A stretch of DNA of 64,000 nucleotides from Vicugna vicugna (GCA_013265495.1 MU058475.1:372001-436000); one strand, 5' to 3'; shown: positions 24,794-37,475, counted from the stretch's first letter. Numbers and translations are program-made. The notes: a model not told the origin generated them from the letters alone.

Positions 24794-25441
24794 TGTTAGA
24801 GCGGGCAGATAGCTAGATATGAGGAGAGAAAGGGGTACGCAGGCCAAATGGCAGGAATTGGGCAGAAAGGAGGGGCACAGCCCAAATACCGGAAATCATA
24901 CATCATGTAAGCACCAGAGGTCCCTGGGCAGAAAAAAAAAAAGCAGAACCCTCTGGGCTGATAAGCGGTCACACATTTAGGGGTGATGAGTGGCCTGGAG
25001 GCTGACAAAGAAAGGTGGGAAAAGGCAGGAATCTCCAGTGTCCGAAGGTCATTATGCCCTCATTTCAATAAAATTAGCCTTTCAGATTAGAAGTGCCCAT
25101 CCTGCACCGGCACCATGACACTTCCCATCCAGACTAAATAAGGACCAAAATCCCTCTCCCTTTGGGAAGGTGGAGCTGGGATGAAAATTAGGGACTATGA
25201 CCCCAAATCCTCTCCCCACTGAATGGTCCACCCATTCATTTTGACACTGTACGTAACCAACTTGCCAAAAAAAAACCCCTCAGGGCAACTGCTCACCTGA
25301 GCCTGCCCGCTCTCCCCTTGAGAGTGTACTGTCCATCCCTTAATGAATCCTCACTTTACTGTCTTAACCTCTGCATCTTGTCTCTGAATTCTTTCTGTTA
25401 TGGGACAAGAACCTGGAAACCTGCTGTGTCTACTGGCAATA
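24794..25441 (+). mobile_element. ERV1-class solo LTR
   Basis: Starts tgttagagc; R/U5-like gagagtgtact ... gtctctgaattctttctg ... gacaagaacctg. Confidence 0.75.
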
Positions 25442-25763
25442 GTATGGCTTGTGATTGAGCTTAGCCAGCGGGGATCACCATCTGAACAGAGGGGTGGTGC
25501 GACCGAGGTCGTGGGTGTGTTCCCCTGGCTCCCTCCCCACAAGGTGGCCACGGCTGTCTGTGTCTCAGCCTGAGGTCACTGCTGCTTTCAGGGCTCTCTC
25601 CTTCTGAGCTGCTGTAACCTCTCTCTGCCCTCACTTCTTCTGGCCTAAAGTGATGGCAGCTCCTCTCTGGCCAGCCCTGAGTTCCTGCACTGGGCCCTGG
25701 GCTTCCCCTAAACCCAGCCCCCATGAACCCCTTTGTAAATGCACTGTGCCGATGATCCTCAGT

Positions 25764-25873
25764 GAGGGTGGCCAACAGTCCTGGTTTGCCTGGGGCTGAG
25801 CGGGTTCCCAGAATGCGGGACTCTAAGTGCTAAAACTAGTGTAGTTTTGGGCAAACCAGGATGGTTGGTCTCA
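25764..25873. mobile_element. MER81-like hAT-Blackjack MITE
   Basis: Inverted arms gggtggccaacagtcctggtttgcc / ggcaaaccaggatggttggtc. Confidence 0.85.
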
Positions 25874-25990
25874 ATATTTCTTTTTTACCCATCCAGTTTC
25901 TCAATAGCAGGTTTAAATTCCCTAAATTAAATTCTCTCTGTAGAAATAACTGGCGTGGTTGATGATCCTGACTTGGAGCCTGACTGGTAC

Positions 25991-28075
25991 TGGATGGGAT
26001 GCAGGTGCCAGAGGATGGATGCACTGGATTATGTGGCCTCGCCAGCATTTGAGAAATGTGGTAGCCGTAGAAGCCACAAGGGCAAGGGGATGGCTGGGGA
26101 CAGACTGTTAGGTGCGTCAATGCACTGAGGGAAGAAATGCAAGTTCAAATCAGCCCACCCTCCGAGTAGGCACAAAATCAGAAGCCAGAAGCCCTCTTTG
26201 GCAGCGTGTAAAAGGACTCTCATCTGCCATAGCTGGATGGCACATCCTGCTGATAAAAGTCAGAGAAGTCCGAATCTGTGGCCCTAGCAAGTAACCTGTG
26301 CCAAAGTCAAGGGCGTGACCAGGACGGGTGGGACCCAAGGACCTGGCAGGGGGACATCTGGGGAGATGTGCTTGAGAACCTTCTATCCTCAGATTCCCTG
26401 GAACTCTCTGGGCTTGAAGAAGAAACCCACCCTTCCTGTAGACAACACATCTTCCTCTTGCCCTGCGTCCGCGCAGAGCTCTCTGCTGAGGCAGCTGCCT
26501 CGCAGGATGAAACTTGCCCTTCTCAGGATTCCCCCCACCAGCCCTCACGGCTTCGAGGTCAGCACATTTTTATCTGTAAAGTGGTGTAATTGTATTTGGT
26601 GACGATTTTAGGCTGTTCAGACCATACATTCTCTGTTATAACCACTCAGTTCTTCCCTGTGCCCAAAAGCAGCATAGATCATATGTATACACGTGGGCGT
26701 GGCTGGATTTCAACAAACCTTTATCTACAAAAATAGGCTGTATTTGACCAATGGGCCATAGTGTGCCAACCCCTGTGCTAGGCTAACAGTAAGGTCTGGC
26801 ATAGCTCCACATGGCAGGCGAGAGGGGCTGTCCCTGCGTCAGAAAAGGTCACAGAACCTGGCTCACATGGACCAACGTGCCCCAGTGAATGTTGAGCACA
26901 CTGAACTGGGAGAAACCACAAAGCTGGACAAAGGAGAGATGACTGATACTCGGGCACTCTCCCGTGACTCAGGATTTGCATCTGGGCAAGCACACCTAGA
27001 ACCAGTCCTTATCTGCGGCTGAGAGAGGCCCTGCGGCTTGGAAATGAGGATGACGTTGATGCTGGAAGTCCCGTGACAGCAGAAGGGGTAGAACATTCAG
27101 TGGGGTCGGCATTCAAAATAGATTTATTGTGCAAGACCACAGAGTCTTCCAAGCAACCAGTCACTGGGAGCGCGTGGAGGGCGTGCTGTTCACTAGTAAA
27201 ACAAGGAACGTGCCAGTCAGGGGGCCACCAGCATTGCTGAGAAACTCCCTGATGACTGAGCTTTCTGAGCTGTGGTGGGTGTGGGCTCCCGGGTGACTTT
27301 GGGGATGACAGGCTTCAAGAAGGGCCCAGCAGAGCCGGCAACACTTAGCCATCCAAGGCACGGTGGACAAATGATTGTAACAATGGCAACCTGGACCCTT
27401 ATTTGCAAGAATAAGGGAGCAGTGACTACTAGATCGTGGTGTTCCTAACAGTAAGATCGGAACGTGTTGCTCAAACTGTGTAACAAGAGCAGGTGAGCCA
27501 AAGGCTGATGTCAGCTGCTGCGATGGAAAATCATGATCCTTTGCCCAGTTTCCAGACTGGAGCCAGTTGTCAGACCAGGAGCCAATCTACGGAAGGGGAG
27601 GCTGAGTGTCCTTGAGGAATAACGCTGCAATGTCACAGCGAGCAGACGCAGTCCTCATGTAGGACTGAGAGGACCTTGGCTATTTCTCCTGAGGAAAAGG
27701 AGTGACTCAGATCCTTGAAGGGCTGTGAATACAAGATTGAAGCTGAAACTGACACGACGAGACCGAAAATACCGTCACAGCCTTCCTGTCGACGTGGGGA
27801 AGTCCCGGCGCCAAATCCATCTCATAGCGGTCCCATAGGTCCCGCCCCAGCTGGTGTTCATTTCCCTCGTCTCTGATTTTATCTTTGGAACGGACCTACT
27901 TAGCTTGAAGAACCCCTCTTGCAGAGGAAGAACCATGATGCTGAGAAAAGCCAAGTGGAAACTCTTGAAACTTCCTCATCCCAGCTAAGGCAGAAAATCA
28001 GAAGTCAAGTCTCGATCTCGGTTAGCTGCACCTCGGAGACTTAAAGGAGGCAGAGGCTACTCAGTTGCCCTGAGA
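25991..28075 (+). mobile_element. Degraded ERVL-class internal region (gag-pro-start of pol)
   Basis: tgggacccaaggacctggcaggggacatctggg, cagtttccagactggagccagtt, gccaagtggaaactcttgaaact resemble ERVL gag/pro/pol in the expected order. Confidence 0.75.
26554..26776. mobile_element. MER58A hAT-Charlie MITE
   Basis: tgggcgtggctggatttcaacaaacctttatctacaaaaataggc ... gggccatagtgtgccaacccctg. Confidence 0.9.
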
Positions 28076-28202
28076 TCTTAGTCCTCTGGTGAATTCAAGA
28101 ACAGTTATCATTTTGTATTTCATCTGACATATTCTTATTGTTAAGGAAGGAGAGAGGAATTTCCAGTTCTCTACGTTCTAGGTGAATCATTCTCAGATTT
28201 TT

Positions 28203-28317
28203 CTTCTGGTGGGGGTGGGTAATTAGGCTTCTTTGTTTGTTTGTTTAATGGAGGTACTGGGGATTGAACCCAGGGCCTTGGGCATTTACTCTTCCACTGA
28301 GCTACACCCTCCCCCAC
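28203..28317 (-). mobile_element. Camelid tRNA-Ala SINE
   Basis: SINE head; perfect TSD ctcagattttt (28192-28202 / 28318-28328). Confidence 0.92.
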
Positions 28318-28601
28318 CTCAGATTTTTAACCAAAAGGGAAGGCATCTTAAAATTTTAGTCCCAACTACAAACTGAGTGATTGAACACCTTCAAACACTG
28401 AAAATAGCATTTATAAATGTAACAGATTTTATTTCCTTTTTAAGATACTTTAATTGTCTGATGGCTACATCAAATCTTTCTGGAGTCTTTAGGTAATTTT
28501 CATAAATTTAATTAATTATAATTATAAGATGAATCTAGATCTTAAATGCCCCTACACTGCTTATAAACTCATTGAATTTTACATTAAAAATCACAAGTTT
28601 A

Positions 28602-28937
28602 GTGGAGGGGGTAGAGCTCAGTGGTAGGGCATGTGTTTATCATGCACAAGGTCCTGGGTTCAATCCCCAGTGCCTCCATTTATTTTTATTTTGTCATTGA
28701 TGTACCATCAGTTACAATGTGTCCACTTCTGGTGTACAGCCCAGTGTCCCAGTCATGCACATATGTATGTGTATGCATTTTTGTATTCTTTTTCATTAAG
28801 GGTTATTACAAGATATTGAATATAGTTCCCTGTGCTGCACAGAGGAAGTTTTTTAAAATCTATTTTTATATATAGTAGTGCTTCCATTAAAAAAAAAAGC
28901 CTAATAACTCCCACCCCTCCAAAAATGAATCATTCAG
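28602..28937 (+). mobile_element. Camelid tRNA-Ala SINE split by an L1 tail
   Basis: TSD aaatcacaagttta (28588-28601 / 28938-28951). Confidence 0.92.
28681..28876 (-). mobile_element. Young L1 3' tail nested in the SINE
   Basis: TSD agtgcctccatt (28669-28680) / agtgcttccatt (28877-28888). Confidence 0.9.
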
Positions 28938-29068
28938 AAATCACAAGTTTAATTACTTAATTTTAATATGGAATCACAAAGTGGCTCTACTACTTGCAGA
29001 GGCCAATATCTCCTAAGTACTGTAAGAACTTTAATACTAAATATGAAGAGAGTGCTTCGTTCAAGAAC

Positions 29069-29540
29069 TGTAGGGAGTCTGAGACTTTAGCCCACTTTCA
29101 AACTAACAGGTTTGGTGGATGCGGGCAAAAGACACGAGACTCCTGGATCAGAGGCAAAGGACTGCGTTGCTCGCAGCAGGGGTAGTGAGGAGAGCAGCAA
29201 CATTGACACTGGTTCCCCAAGCCCCGATCACCCCAGGGCAGTTGAAGAGGGACCAGGTGACACCTGCACACACCATGGACTACAGGACAGCAGCCCTGAA
29301 CTTGCGGAGCCTGAATCTTTTCCCTTGGGCAGCAAGTCTGCTTGACTTTTGCCGTAAAGAAAGAAACGATCTTCACTGTACTGGACAGTAGACCTGCCCT
29401 TCTGGAGGGAGACTCTGTCTCCATTTTCCACATTTGTTTGCCAAACATCCTCGAAAAGGGAGTCCAGAACACAGGCAGTCTTGCTTCTGCCCGCAGATGT
29501 GCAGAAATGTGAGAAAGTGACGGAAAGCTGTCTCCCACCA
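29069..29540 (-). mobile_element. MER74-like ERVL solo LTR
   Basis: tgtagggagtctgagacttt ... aagacacgagactcctggatcagag ... tgtctcccacca; TG...CA ends. Confidence 0.75.
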
Positions 29541-30041
29541 TCGTAACCACGAGAGAGTCTCCCTGCGGGCTGATTCTCTCAAGCATTTCTAAATTTAACT
29601 CTAAATCTTTTCATGATTGAAAGATGTACGCCCACTAAGGAGTCAGTTCTAAACAACGTTCGGGTTATCTTCTCATACGGTTTCTGTGCTTGCCTCTCAG
29701 TTAGCTGGGGAGTTTTAACGGCCAGGGGATCTCTGGCTGGAACACCGCCTGGGTTTTTGGTGGTGACCCTGACTGCCGAGTCGATCCCAGCTTCCTAGTC
29801 ACTCTGCCAATATTCTCCAAACAGGGTGGCCTCCCCCCGGTTCACCTACACTTTCACTGTACGTGACCTCATTCTGCTGACTCCTCTCGAATGGCCAGAC
29901 CTCTAGCTGCCCCATCCTTTGGTTGAATTTTAGCACGTTTATGTACATCTTTGTTCTTTTCATATTATCCTTGTCTTTCTGACCACAAACCTCAGAGCTG
30001 TGTCTGACTTTATGGTCTCCATGCTTAAGAAGAGCATTTTT

Positions 30042-30218
30042 GGTGGGGAGGGTATAGCTCAGTGGTAGAGCACATGCTCAGCATGCATGAGGTCCTGGGT
30101 TCAATGCCCCGTCCCTCCATTACAATCAATCAATCAATCAGTTGTAAAATCTTCTACCATAAACAACAAGAAATGATGGACAATAACAAATAACATTTTT
30201 TAAAAACAACAACAAAAA
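30042..30218 (+). mobile_element. Camelid tRNA-Ala SINE with an atypical tail
   Basis: ggggagggtatagctcagtggtagag head; TSD aagagcatttt (30030-30040 / 30219-30229). Confidence 0.92.
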
Positions 30219-32139
30219 AAGAGCATTTTGTCTGGTTCTTTGGTGGGCCAGAAAAAAGAATTGTTGCACTTGATTCTCTCCAGTTCCAGAAGGTGCCAAG
30301 GGTGCCACTTGGGCTGAGGGGAGAGGAAAGCCTTCCCGTGGAGGTCCCTCAGAGACGGCATGGTCACGGCCGCAGCCCCTGTGCTGGGGCCGGGAGCTGG
30401 GGGATTCCACCCTCCCCGGAAGAGCTCCGGTCCCCTGGCCAGCACTCCCTCTCCAGCTGCTCTGCTTGTTGGTGGAAGCCCCCAACCCACCCCAGAAGGA
30501 CCACCTGCCAAGGAGGCTGAGTCCAGCAAGACAAGGAGCCTGCCCAGCACCTGAGTGTTCACCTTCCCTGCCCAGGAAGCAGCGCCTGGGGACGGGGGAG
30601 CTCGGACCACACCAGGAGCCTGCCCACGGTGCCTTCTCCCTCCCCGCAGCGAGTTATTCATCTCGCACACGAGCTGTGCTCTGACTACTCCAACAGCAGG
30701 AAATGAGTCTGGGAGGAGGGCTGCTGTGGTGGGACGGAGCAGACTTCTTAGATCCGTGGTTTTGATGGGAATGTGAGAAAAAAAAAATCCCTGCCCTAAG
30801 GCAGCCTCCGGCTTGAGCAGCTTCAGCTTGAAACACACAAGGTTTCTCCCCATTTCAAATTCTAAATTAATTATAGCCTAAGTGTAGTATCTCAGTCAGC
30901 CTTCATCATCTGTTCAGTTTGAAGGCCATTACCAGCCACAGAGCATCCTGCCCCCAGAGCCAGCGGCAGTCAGTCTGGACTCTGGGCTCCGAGTAAAACT
31001 TGAGCTGGTATCTCATTTCTTTCTCTTCACAGCAAAGTAAAGACCACACCCATGGGAAAGGGGGCAGGATATGCTCCTGCCACAGATGATCCTGGTACAG
31101 ACTGTGGATGGATAGGGTGCAGGGTCTCTCATTCCTCATTCCTCGAGGGGCAGCAGGAGGAGGGATGGCCCACGCTGGGAACTTTCTGGAAGGATTCTCT
31201 CTGAGCCCGAACACCAGGGCAATGTTGACCAGTCCTGCGACATCTGCTTGGTTTCACAGCTTTTTTCTTTTCCAGAATGCACAGCAAACCAAGATGCTTT
31301 TACTGTTGGCTTATGATGGTACTTGCCTTGATGAGGACCCCGGGGTTCTCAGAGACTGGATGGCAGGTCCCCCTGATGAGGAGCCAGGAGAACTGAGCTC
31401 CAGTCCTGTCTCCGCAGCTCACTGCCACTGCCATTGCCCAAGTCACCTGATCTATTAACTAATTCATAAATGGGTGTGATTGTAGCTGCCACACCTGTAT
31501 CCCAGGGTGATCACTGGAATCAAATGACATAATGGAATACTAGACATGAACATGCTCTGTGATGTATTGTCTTCTGGATTCTAAATGGGAGTCCAGGGCC
31601 CAGTTCTGTTCTTAGGACAAGATGGAGCTGTCCTGAACTTCCCAGGGGCTGAGAACAAGCGACCCAAGTTCTTGGCTTGAAACTGTGTCCGAAAGATAGA
31701 AGGATGGTCATTGCGTTCCACCTGGGGTGTCAGAATGTGTGTGGCTCAGAGCTGGAGGAAGAAGGGACATCTGTCCACCTGACTGTGGGAACTGAGGCAG
31801 CCACCTATGCAGACAAGTTGGCCAAGGGATAAAGAGAGAAGACAGTTGTTCTCAGTGAGCAGGAAGGAGAGATGGCAGCAAAAGACTGAATGAGATGATT
31901 CGGCTCTGTCCTCAGGCTGAACGCAGAATCCCCCTCTTCACCTCCACCAATACTTTGCACATTTGTCATCTGCAGAGGCTGCTCACAGTCTTGCTGCTTC
32001 CACCAGAACACCCTCCACCATCCGTCCTCCAGGCAGAAGTCGGATCCTGCCTGCCCTCCCCTCCGAGCCTTCAGGGGCTTGGGGGTCCACTCAGAGTAGG
32101 AGCCCGGTCCTCATGAAGCCTGCACAGACCACCCCTCTC

Positions 32140-32380
32140 AGGGCTGCTCTCCCCTGACTCGCCCTCTTCACTTCCCTCAAGTCTTTGTTCAAATGTCGCC
32201 TTCACAATGAAGCCTCCCTGCCATCCTGCTAGAACCACCCCAGATTGCCCAGCACCTCCCTGAACACAGACTTCAGGGTGGAGAGGGGCTTTGTCTGTTT
32301 CTTTTTATTGACGTATCCCAGCGACCAAGCCCTATGCCTGCACGGATCTAGTGTTCAATGAATATCTGTAGGAAAATGAG
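32140..32380 (+). mobile_element. L2a 3' end
   Basis: tcaaatgtcgccttc, tttgtctgttt...gtatcccagc, tcaatgaatatctg. Confidence 0.8.
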
Positions 32381-32737
32381 TAATTCTGCAGGAAGAAAGG
32401 GAGGAGACTGTCTCAAGAAAGAGGAAGCGTTTACAATGTCAACGCTTCCAGATGCTTTGGAGAGGCCAAGGTGAGAGCAGGGACTAGACGGCAAATGCAG
32501 TCCCGGGAGAGAGTGGTGTCAGTAGTCTGTTTAAACCGGAAACAGTTTCTGAACCGGAAACATTACCAGATGAATGAGTAGGACTTGAGTGCCGGACATT
32601 CAGTGTCAACAACTCATTCAAGAAATGTGGGCTGAAGATATGGTCATAACTTGAGGGGAATACCAGATCAATGAAAGAAAATTTCTGTTAGTTTTTTTTT
32701 TTAAATTTTCTTTGTTTTTTCAAAACTTAAAAAATTT

Positions 32738-34630
32738 GAAGATGTTCCAGTCAAGATGATGGAGTGGTAGGGCCACGAGCTCGCCTCTCCTCGCGACTAC
32801 AAAGAAACCACAACTGACTGCTAAACAACCATTGGAAAAAAGACTGGAACCTAGCAAAAAAGACCTTCTGGAACTGGAAACATAAAGAGGAAACCACAGG
32901 AGGACAGTAGGAGGGGTGTGCTCGCAATGTAATTTGGCCCCACACCCCCCAGGTGGGGGACCCACAAGCTGAAGAGTAGTTAAGTCACAGAGGCCCTCCC
33001 ACAGGAGTGAGAGCGCTGGGCCCCACGTCAGGCTCCCCAGCCCAGGCCCCGGCACTGGGAGGAGGAGGAGCCCCCAGGACAACTGGTTTTGCAGGCCAGG
33101 GGGGCTTGGCTCTGGGAGCCCCATGGAACCGGGGGAAACAGAGACTCCATTCTCTTGAGAAACATACACAGAAACTCACAGCCACAGGTCCAAGGGCAGA
33201 GGCAGTGATGTCATAGGAACCTGAGCCAGACCTGTCTGCTGGATTTGGAAGGTCTCCTGGGGATGTGGGGGACGGCTGCGGCTCACTCAGGGGACATAAA
33301 AGCTGGTGGCGGACATTCCGGGAGTGTTCGCTCATCTACGTGAGCTTTCCTGGAGGCTGGCATCTTGATTGGATCATTAGCACCAAGACCTGCCACCCAA
33401 CAGCCTGTAGGGAAGCCTCAGGCCAAGCAACATCCAGGGTGGGAACACAGCCCCACCCATCAGCAGACTTCCTGAGGCACAAAGGCCTCTAGACACAGCC
33501 CTGCCCACCAGAGGTCCAGGACCAAGCCGCACCCAGCAGTGGGCAGGCACCGGCTCCTCCTTCCAGGAAACCTGCACAAGCCTCTAGTCCAGCCCCATCC
33601 CCCAGGGCAGATACTAGAAATAAGAAAACAACAATCCCAAAGCCTGTGGAAGGAATCCACAAACACATAAAAAGATAGGCGATATGAGGCGGCAAAGGAA
33701 TATCTCCCAGACCAAGGCACAAGGTAAAATCCCAGAAGAGGAATTAAGTGATGAGGAGATAGGCAATGTATCTGAGAAAGAGTTTGAAGTCATGATGGCC
33801 AAGATGTTCAGAGAACTCAAGAAGAGCATAGATGCACAGAGTGAAGTTTTTAGCAAAGAGTTGGAAAATATAAAGAATACCCAAACAGAACTGAAGAATA
33901 AAATCACTGAAATAAACAGTACACTAGAAGGAACCAAGACTGGACTAAATGAGGCAGAAGGGATCAGTGAGCTAGAAGACAGATTAGTGGAAATCACTAC
34001 TGCAGAACAGAAAAAAGAAAAAAGAATGAAAAGGAATGAGGATAGTTTAAGAGAACTCTGGGACAATATGAAGCACTCTAATATCTGCATTATAGGGGTC
34101 CCAGAAAGAGGAGAGAGAGAAAGGACCTGAGAAAATTTTTAGAGAGATAATTACTGAAAACTTCCCCAACTTGGGAAAGGAAACAGTCACCCAAATCCTA
34201 GAAGAGCAGCAAGTACCACACAGAATCAACCCAAAGAGGAACACAGCAGGGCACACAGTCATCAAATTGACAGCAATTAAGGATAAGGAGAAAATATTAA
34301 GATTAGCAAGAGAAAAGCAATGAATAACATACAAGGGAACTCCCATAAGGTTACCAGCTGATTTTTGAGCAGAAACTCTACAGACCAGAAGGGAGTGCAT
34401 GATATATTTAAAGAGATGCAAGGGGGAAACTTACAACCAGAAATACTCTACCAGCAAGGCTCTCCTTCAGATTTAATGGAGAAATCAAAAGCGCCACAGA
34501 TAAACAAAAGCTAAAAGATTTCAGCACCAGCACACTAGCTTTACAACAAATGTTAAAGGACCTTCTCTAGTCATCAAACCATCAGAAAAGAGAACAAAAA
34601 GAAGAAAGAGGAAAAGAAGAGACCGACAAA
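32738..34630 (+). mobile_element. L1 5'UTR plus ORF1 fossil (ORF1 ~33684-34570, frameshifted)
   Basis: caagatgatggag 5' end; translation RISELEDR-like, NEDSLRELWDNMKHSNICIIGVPE; stop in ggaccttctctag. Confidence 0.92.
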
Positions 34631-34910
34631 TGATTGCTTGGGCTGTTCAGGGTTTTGTGGTTCCTTATAAATTTTGGAATTATTTGTTCTAGTTCTGTGA
34701 CGAATGTCATGAGTATTTTGATGGGGCTGCATTGGATCCATGGGTTGCTTTGGGGGTGTGTGGCCATTTTGATAGTGTTGATTCTTTCAACCCAAGAGCA
34801 CAAGGTATCTTTCCATTCCTTTGTGTCATTTCAGTTTTTGGAGTATAGGTAGCCTCCTTGGTTAAGTTTATTTCTAGGTATTTTGATGTTTTTGATATAA
34901 TGGAAATGTT
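34631..34910 (-). mobile_element. L1 ORF2 fragment (RT C-terminal region)
   Basis: Minus-strand translations KYLEINLTKE and CSWVERINTIKM..FVTELEQII. Confidence 0.9.
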
Positions 34911-34961
34911 TATGCTGGTTATAAAATTCTGCTTTTTGAAGTGAAAAAAAAGTGAATGAAG

Positions 34962-35290
34962 GGCTGCAAATGGCGAAGTATCCTTCTTTTTTATGAGTGA
35001 GTTGTGTTCCATTACATACATATATATATATATATGCTACATCTGCATTATTTCTTCAACTATTGATGTGCATTTAGGATGCTTCCACATCTTGGCAATC
35101 ATAAATAATGTTGCTGTTAATAGCAGGGTGTGTGTATTTTTTTGAATTAATTTTTATTTTGTGGTTGGCTTTATTCCTTTGATAATTACATAAGTTAAAA
35201 AAGCTAAAGCTCTAAACGTTCTTAGAAACAATGAACAGTAAATACATGTAAATTCTAAAAATATAAGTGCAGTAAAAAAAAAAAAAAAAG
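34962..35290. mobile_element. Inverted L1 3' insertion (minus ORF2 end 34962-35157; plus alternative tail and poly-A 35158-35290)
   Basis: gctgcaaatggc...cttccacatcttggcaat antisense L1; tail shared with 20856-20955. Confidence 0.7.
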
Positions 35291-35295
35291 AAAAG

Positions 35296-35760
35296 ATCTA
35301 TCAAGCCATGAAAGACAAGGAAGAAACTTAAGAGACATATTACTAAATGAAAGAAGCCAGTCTGAAAAGACACAGCTACAGAAATAATAAAAAGATCATG
35401 GTTTCCAGAGGTTTGGGGAAAGGGAGAGAGGGAGGAATGAACAGATGGAGCACAAGGGGTTTTTAGGGCAATGAAATTACTCTGTGATACTATAGTGGTG
35501 GCTACATGTCATTCTGCATTTGTCAAAACCCATAGAAGGTACAACATCAAGAGTGAGCCCTAATGTAAACTATGGACCATGGTCGATAATAATGTGCCCA
35601 TGTTGGTTCACTGATTGTACCAAATATGCCCCACTGATGAGGGATGTTGAGGGCAGGGGAGTATATATGTGTGGGTGGGGAGGGCTGTGCGTGAACTCTC
35701 TGAATTTTCTGCTCAATTCTGCTGTGAACCTGAAACTGCTCTAAAAAAAAGTTTATTAAT
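35296..35760 (+). mobile_element. L1MC-type 3' end
   Basis: atttgtcaaaacccatagaa, ccctaatgtaaactatggac, gctgtgaacctgaaactgctctaaaa. Confidence 0.9.
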
Positions 35761-35769
35761 TAAAAAAAA

Positions 35770-35798
35770 ATTGAGGGGGGGAGGTAAGTAGGTTTGTT

Positions 35799-35829
<31 letters not shown>

Positions 35830-35907
35830 TTATTCATTTATTCATTTATTTAATGGATGCACTGCTAAGCTAAGCACATGCTCTACCACTGAGCTATGGC
35901 CTCCCCA
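35770..35907 (-). mobile_element. Camelid SINE with internal deletion and a (GT)n tract
   Basis: gctaagcacatgctctaccactgagcta; gaggggggaggtaagtaggtt tail. Confidence 0.8.
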
Positions 35908-36283
35908 CTTCTGTTGTTTTAATTAACATACTGTTTTTTGTTTCTAAAATCAATTTGCACCCATTTTAGAAGATGCAGAAATTACAGAAAAACCAAAGGT
36001 AGAAATAAAACTTCTGCCTAATTCCATCACCCAGATAAAAATCACAATTAACTGTGCCTTGTGTTTTTGTTCTAGGCAGAGGCATCTAGACTAGTTCTGT
36101 AGCCCGTGAGCTTGTTTTTATGAAAATGTAGAGCTGTACATGATACAGCTACTTTGTAGTTATGTGTCTGTTTTGTAGCTTTATTTTTATTTAAAATTTT
36201 ATTAGGAAATTTTTTCATGTCTTTATATATTTCTGATGATGTAATTTTTAGTGGCTGCAAATAATTTTACTCAATAAAATGTA

Positions 36284-36429
36284 TAGCACGGGGAACTATA
36301 TTCAATATCTAGTAATAACCCATAATGGAAAGGAATATGAAAACAGATACATGTGTGTATATGTGTGACTGAAACACTGTGTTGTACACCAGAAATTGAC
36401 ACATTGTAACTGACTATACTTAAAACAGT
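36284..36429 (+). mobile_element. Young L1 3' tail inside an old minus-strand L1ME fragment
   Basis: TSD aataaaatgta (36273-36283) / aataaagtgta (36430-36440). Confidence 0.85.
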
Positions 36430-36689
36430 AATAAAGTGTACAACCAATTCTCTATCTGGACATTTCAGCTTTATCCATCTCTTCACTATTATAAACCACA
36501 CTATAATAAGCATGATTTTTCTTTGCCTTTTTTAAGAGAAGGAGAAAATAGAGGAAAAGTTGAAAAAAATGAGAGAAAATAGAAGTAACTCACAGAAAAG
36601 GGTCCTGAAGAACTCTAGAGAGGGTGAGGCTACAGGCACTGGCACGCATACAATTTCACATTGGTGGCTTCAGCCTGTCCCCGCCTGGA

Positions 36690-37475
36690 CCCAGGGCATC
36701 AGTATCACCAAAGTCCGACAGTGAGATGTGTGTCTTGCTGTGATGTAACAGGAGCACATGCTGTGGGCCATGGTTCCAGAAACCCTGAACAGCCGATAAT
36801 GTGGACAGAGCCCAGGCTCACCAAGGCAGGTTCAGTTCTGGGAACTGTGTTTCTACCAAGTCCCCAGGGGAGTCTGGCTCCTACCAGAGTCTGAGCTTCT
36901 TCAAACTTCTGTTCTGCAGGAAATACAGGGCAGAGAAGAATGAGTTACATGACACTGTGAGGAATCAGACAAATCCGGAAAGTGGAGAAATCTACAGGAC
37001 ATCCCAAATGGTCCCGCCACCAGGCAATGGTGCAGGAAAAGAGGTTGAGGGAGGGTTGCAGGGGAAGCTTAAGATTTAAGCAACATTCAAGACATAAAAA
37101 CCAATGCGGAGTGTGGCCCTTGCGCGAACTCTGTCTCAAGCAAACCAATTGTAAAAGACATTTGGGGGGGGGTACAATAAGGGAAATTTGAATATAGATG
37201 ATGTTAAATTATATTAAAGAATGACTGTTAATTTTGTTTGGGGTAATACGGTATTATAGCTGTGTGAGAAAATATCTTTGCAGTTTAGTGTCACATAACA
37301 AGGTGCTTAGAGCAAATGTGACATGTGGGCCTTGCTTTTACAACAGTTCAGCAAGGACAATGTGAACAAGCAACTATGGGAGATGTTAGCAGATAAATCT
37401 AGGCCTTGAAAATAAGGGGACACATTTTAATTACTTCTATATGTATTTGAAATATTTTATAATAAGATGTTAAAA
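36690..37475 (+). mobile_element. L1MC4/5-like 3'UTR
   Basis: aatcagacaaatcc, tctacaggaca, aaaccaattgtaaaagacattt, ggaaatttgaatat. Confidence 0.75.

Larger units (their letters stand above)
24678..25990 (+). mobile_element. LTR33-like ERVL LTR, interrupted by an ERV1 LTR and MER81
   Basis: gggctacatcagtggcctcc...tggcttgtgattgagcttagccagcgggg, cctggctccctccc, cctttgtaaat, 3' end gagcctgactggtac. Confidence 0.65.

Noticed and set aside
30045..30120. tRNA-Ala-like gene
   Set aside because: Head of a SINE with a TSD and A-rich tail; ten diverged copies occur in the window.
33684..34130. Possible domesticated ORF1-like gene
   Set aside because: Frameshifts and stops follow at ~34130; it sits in an ordinary L1 5'UTR context.
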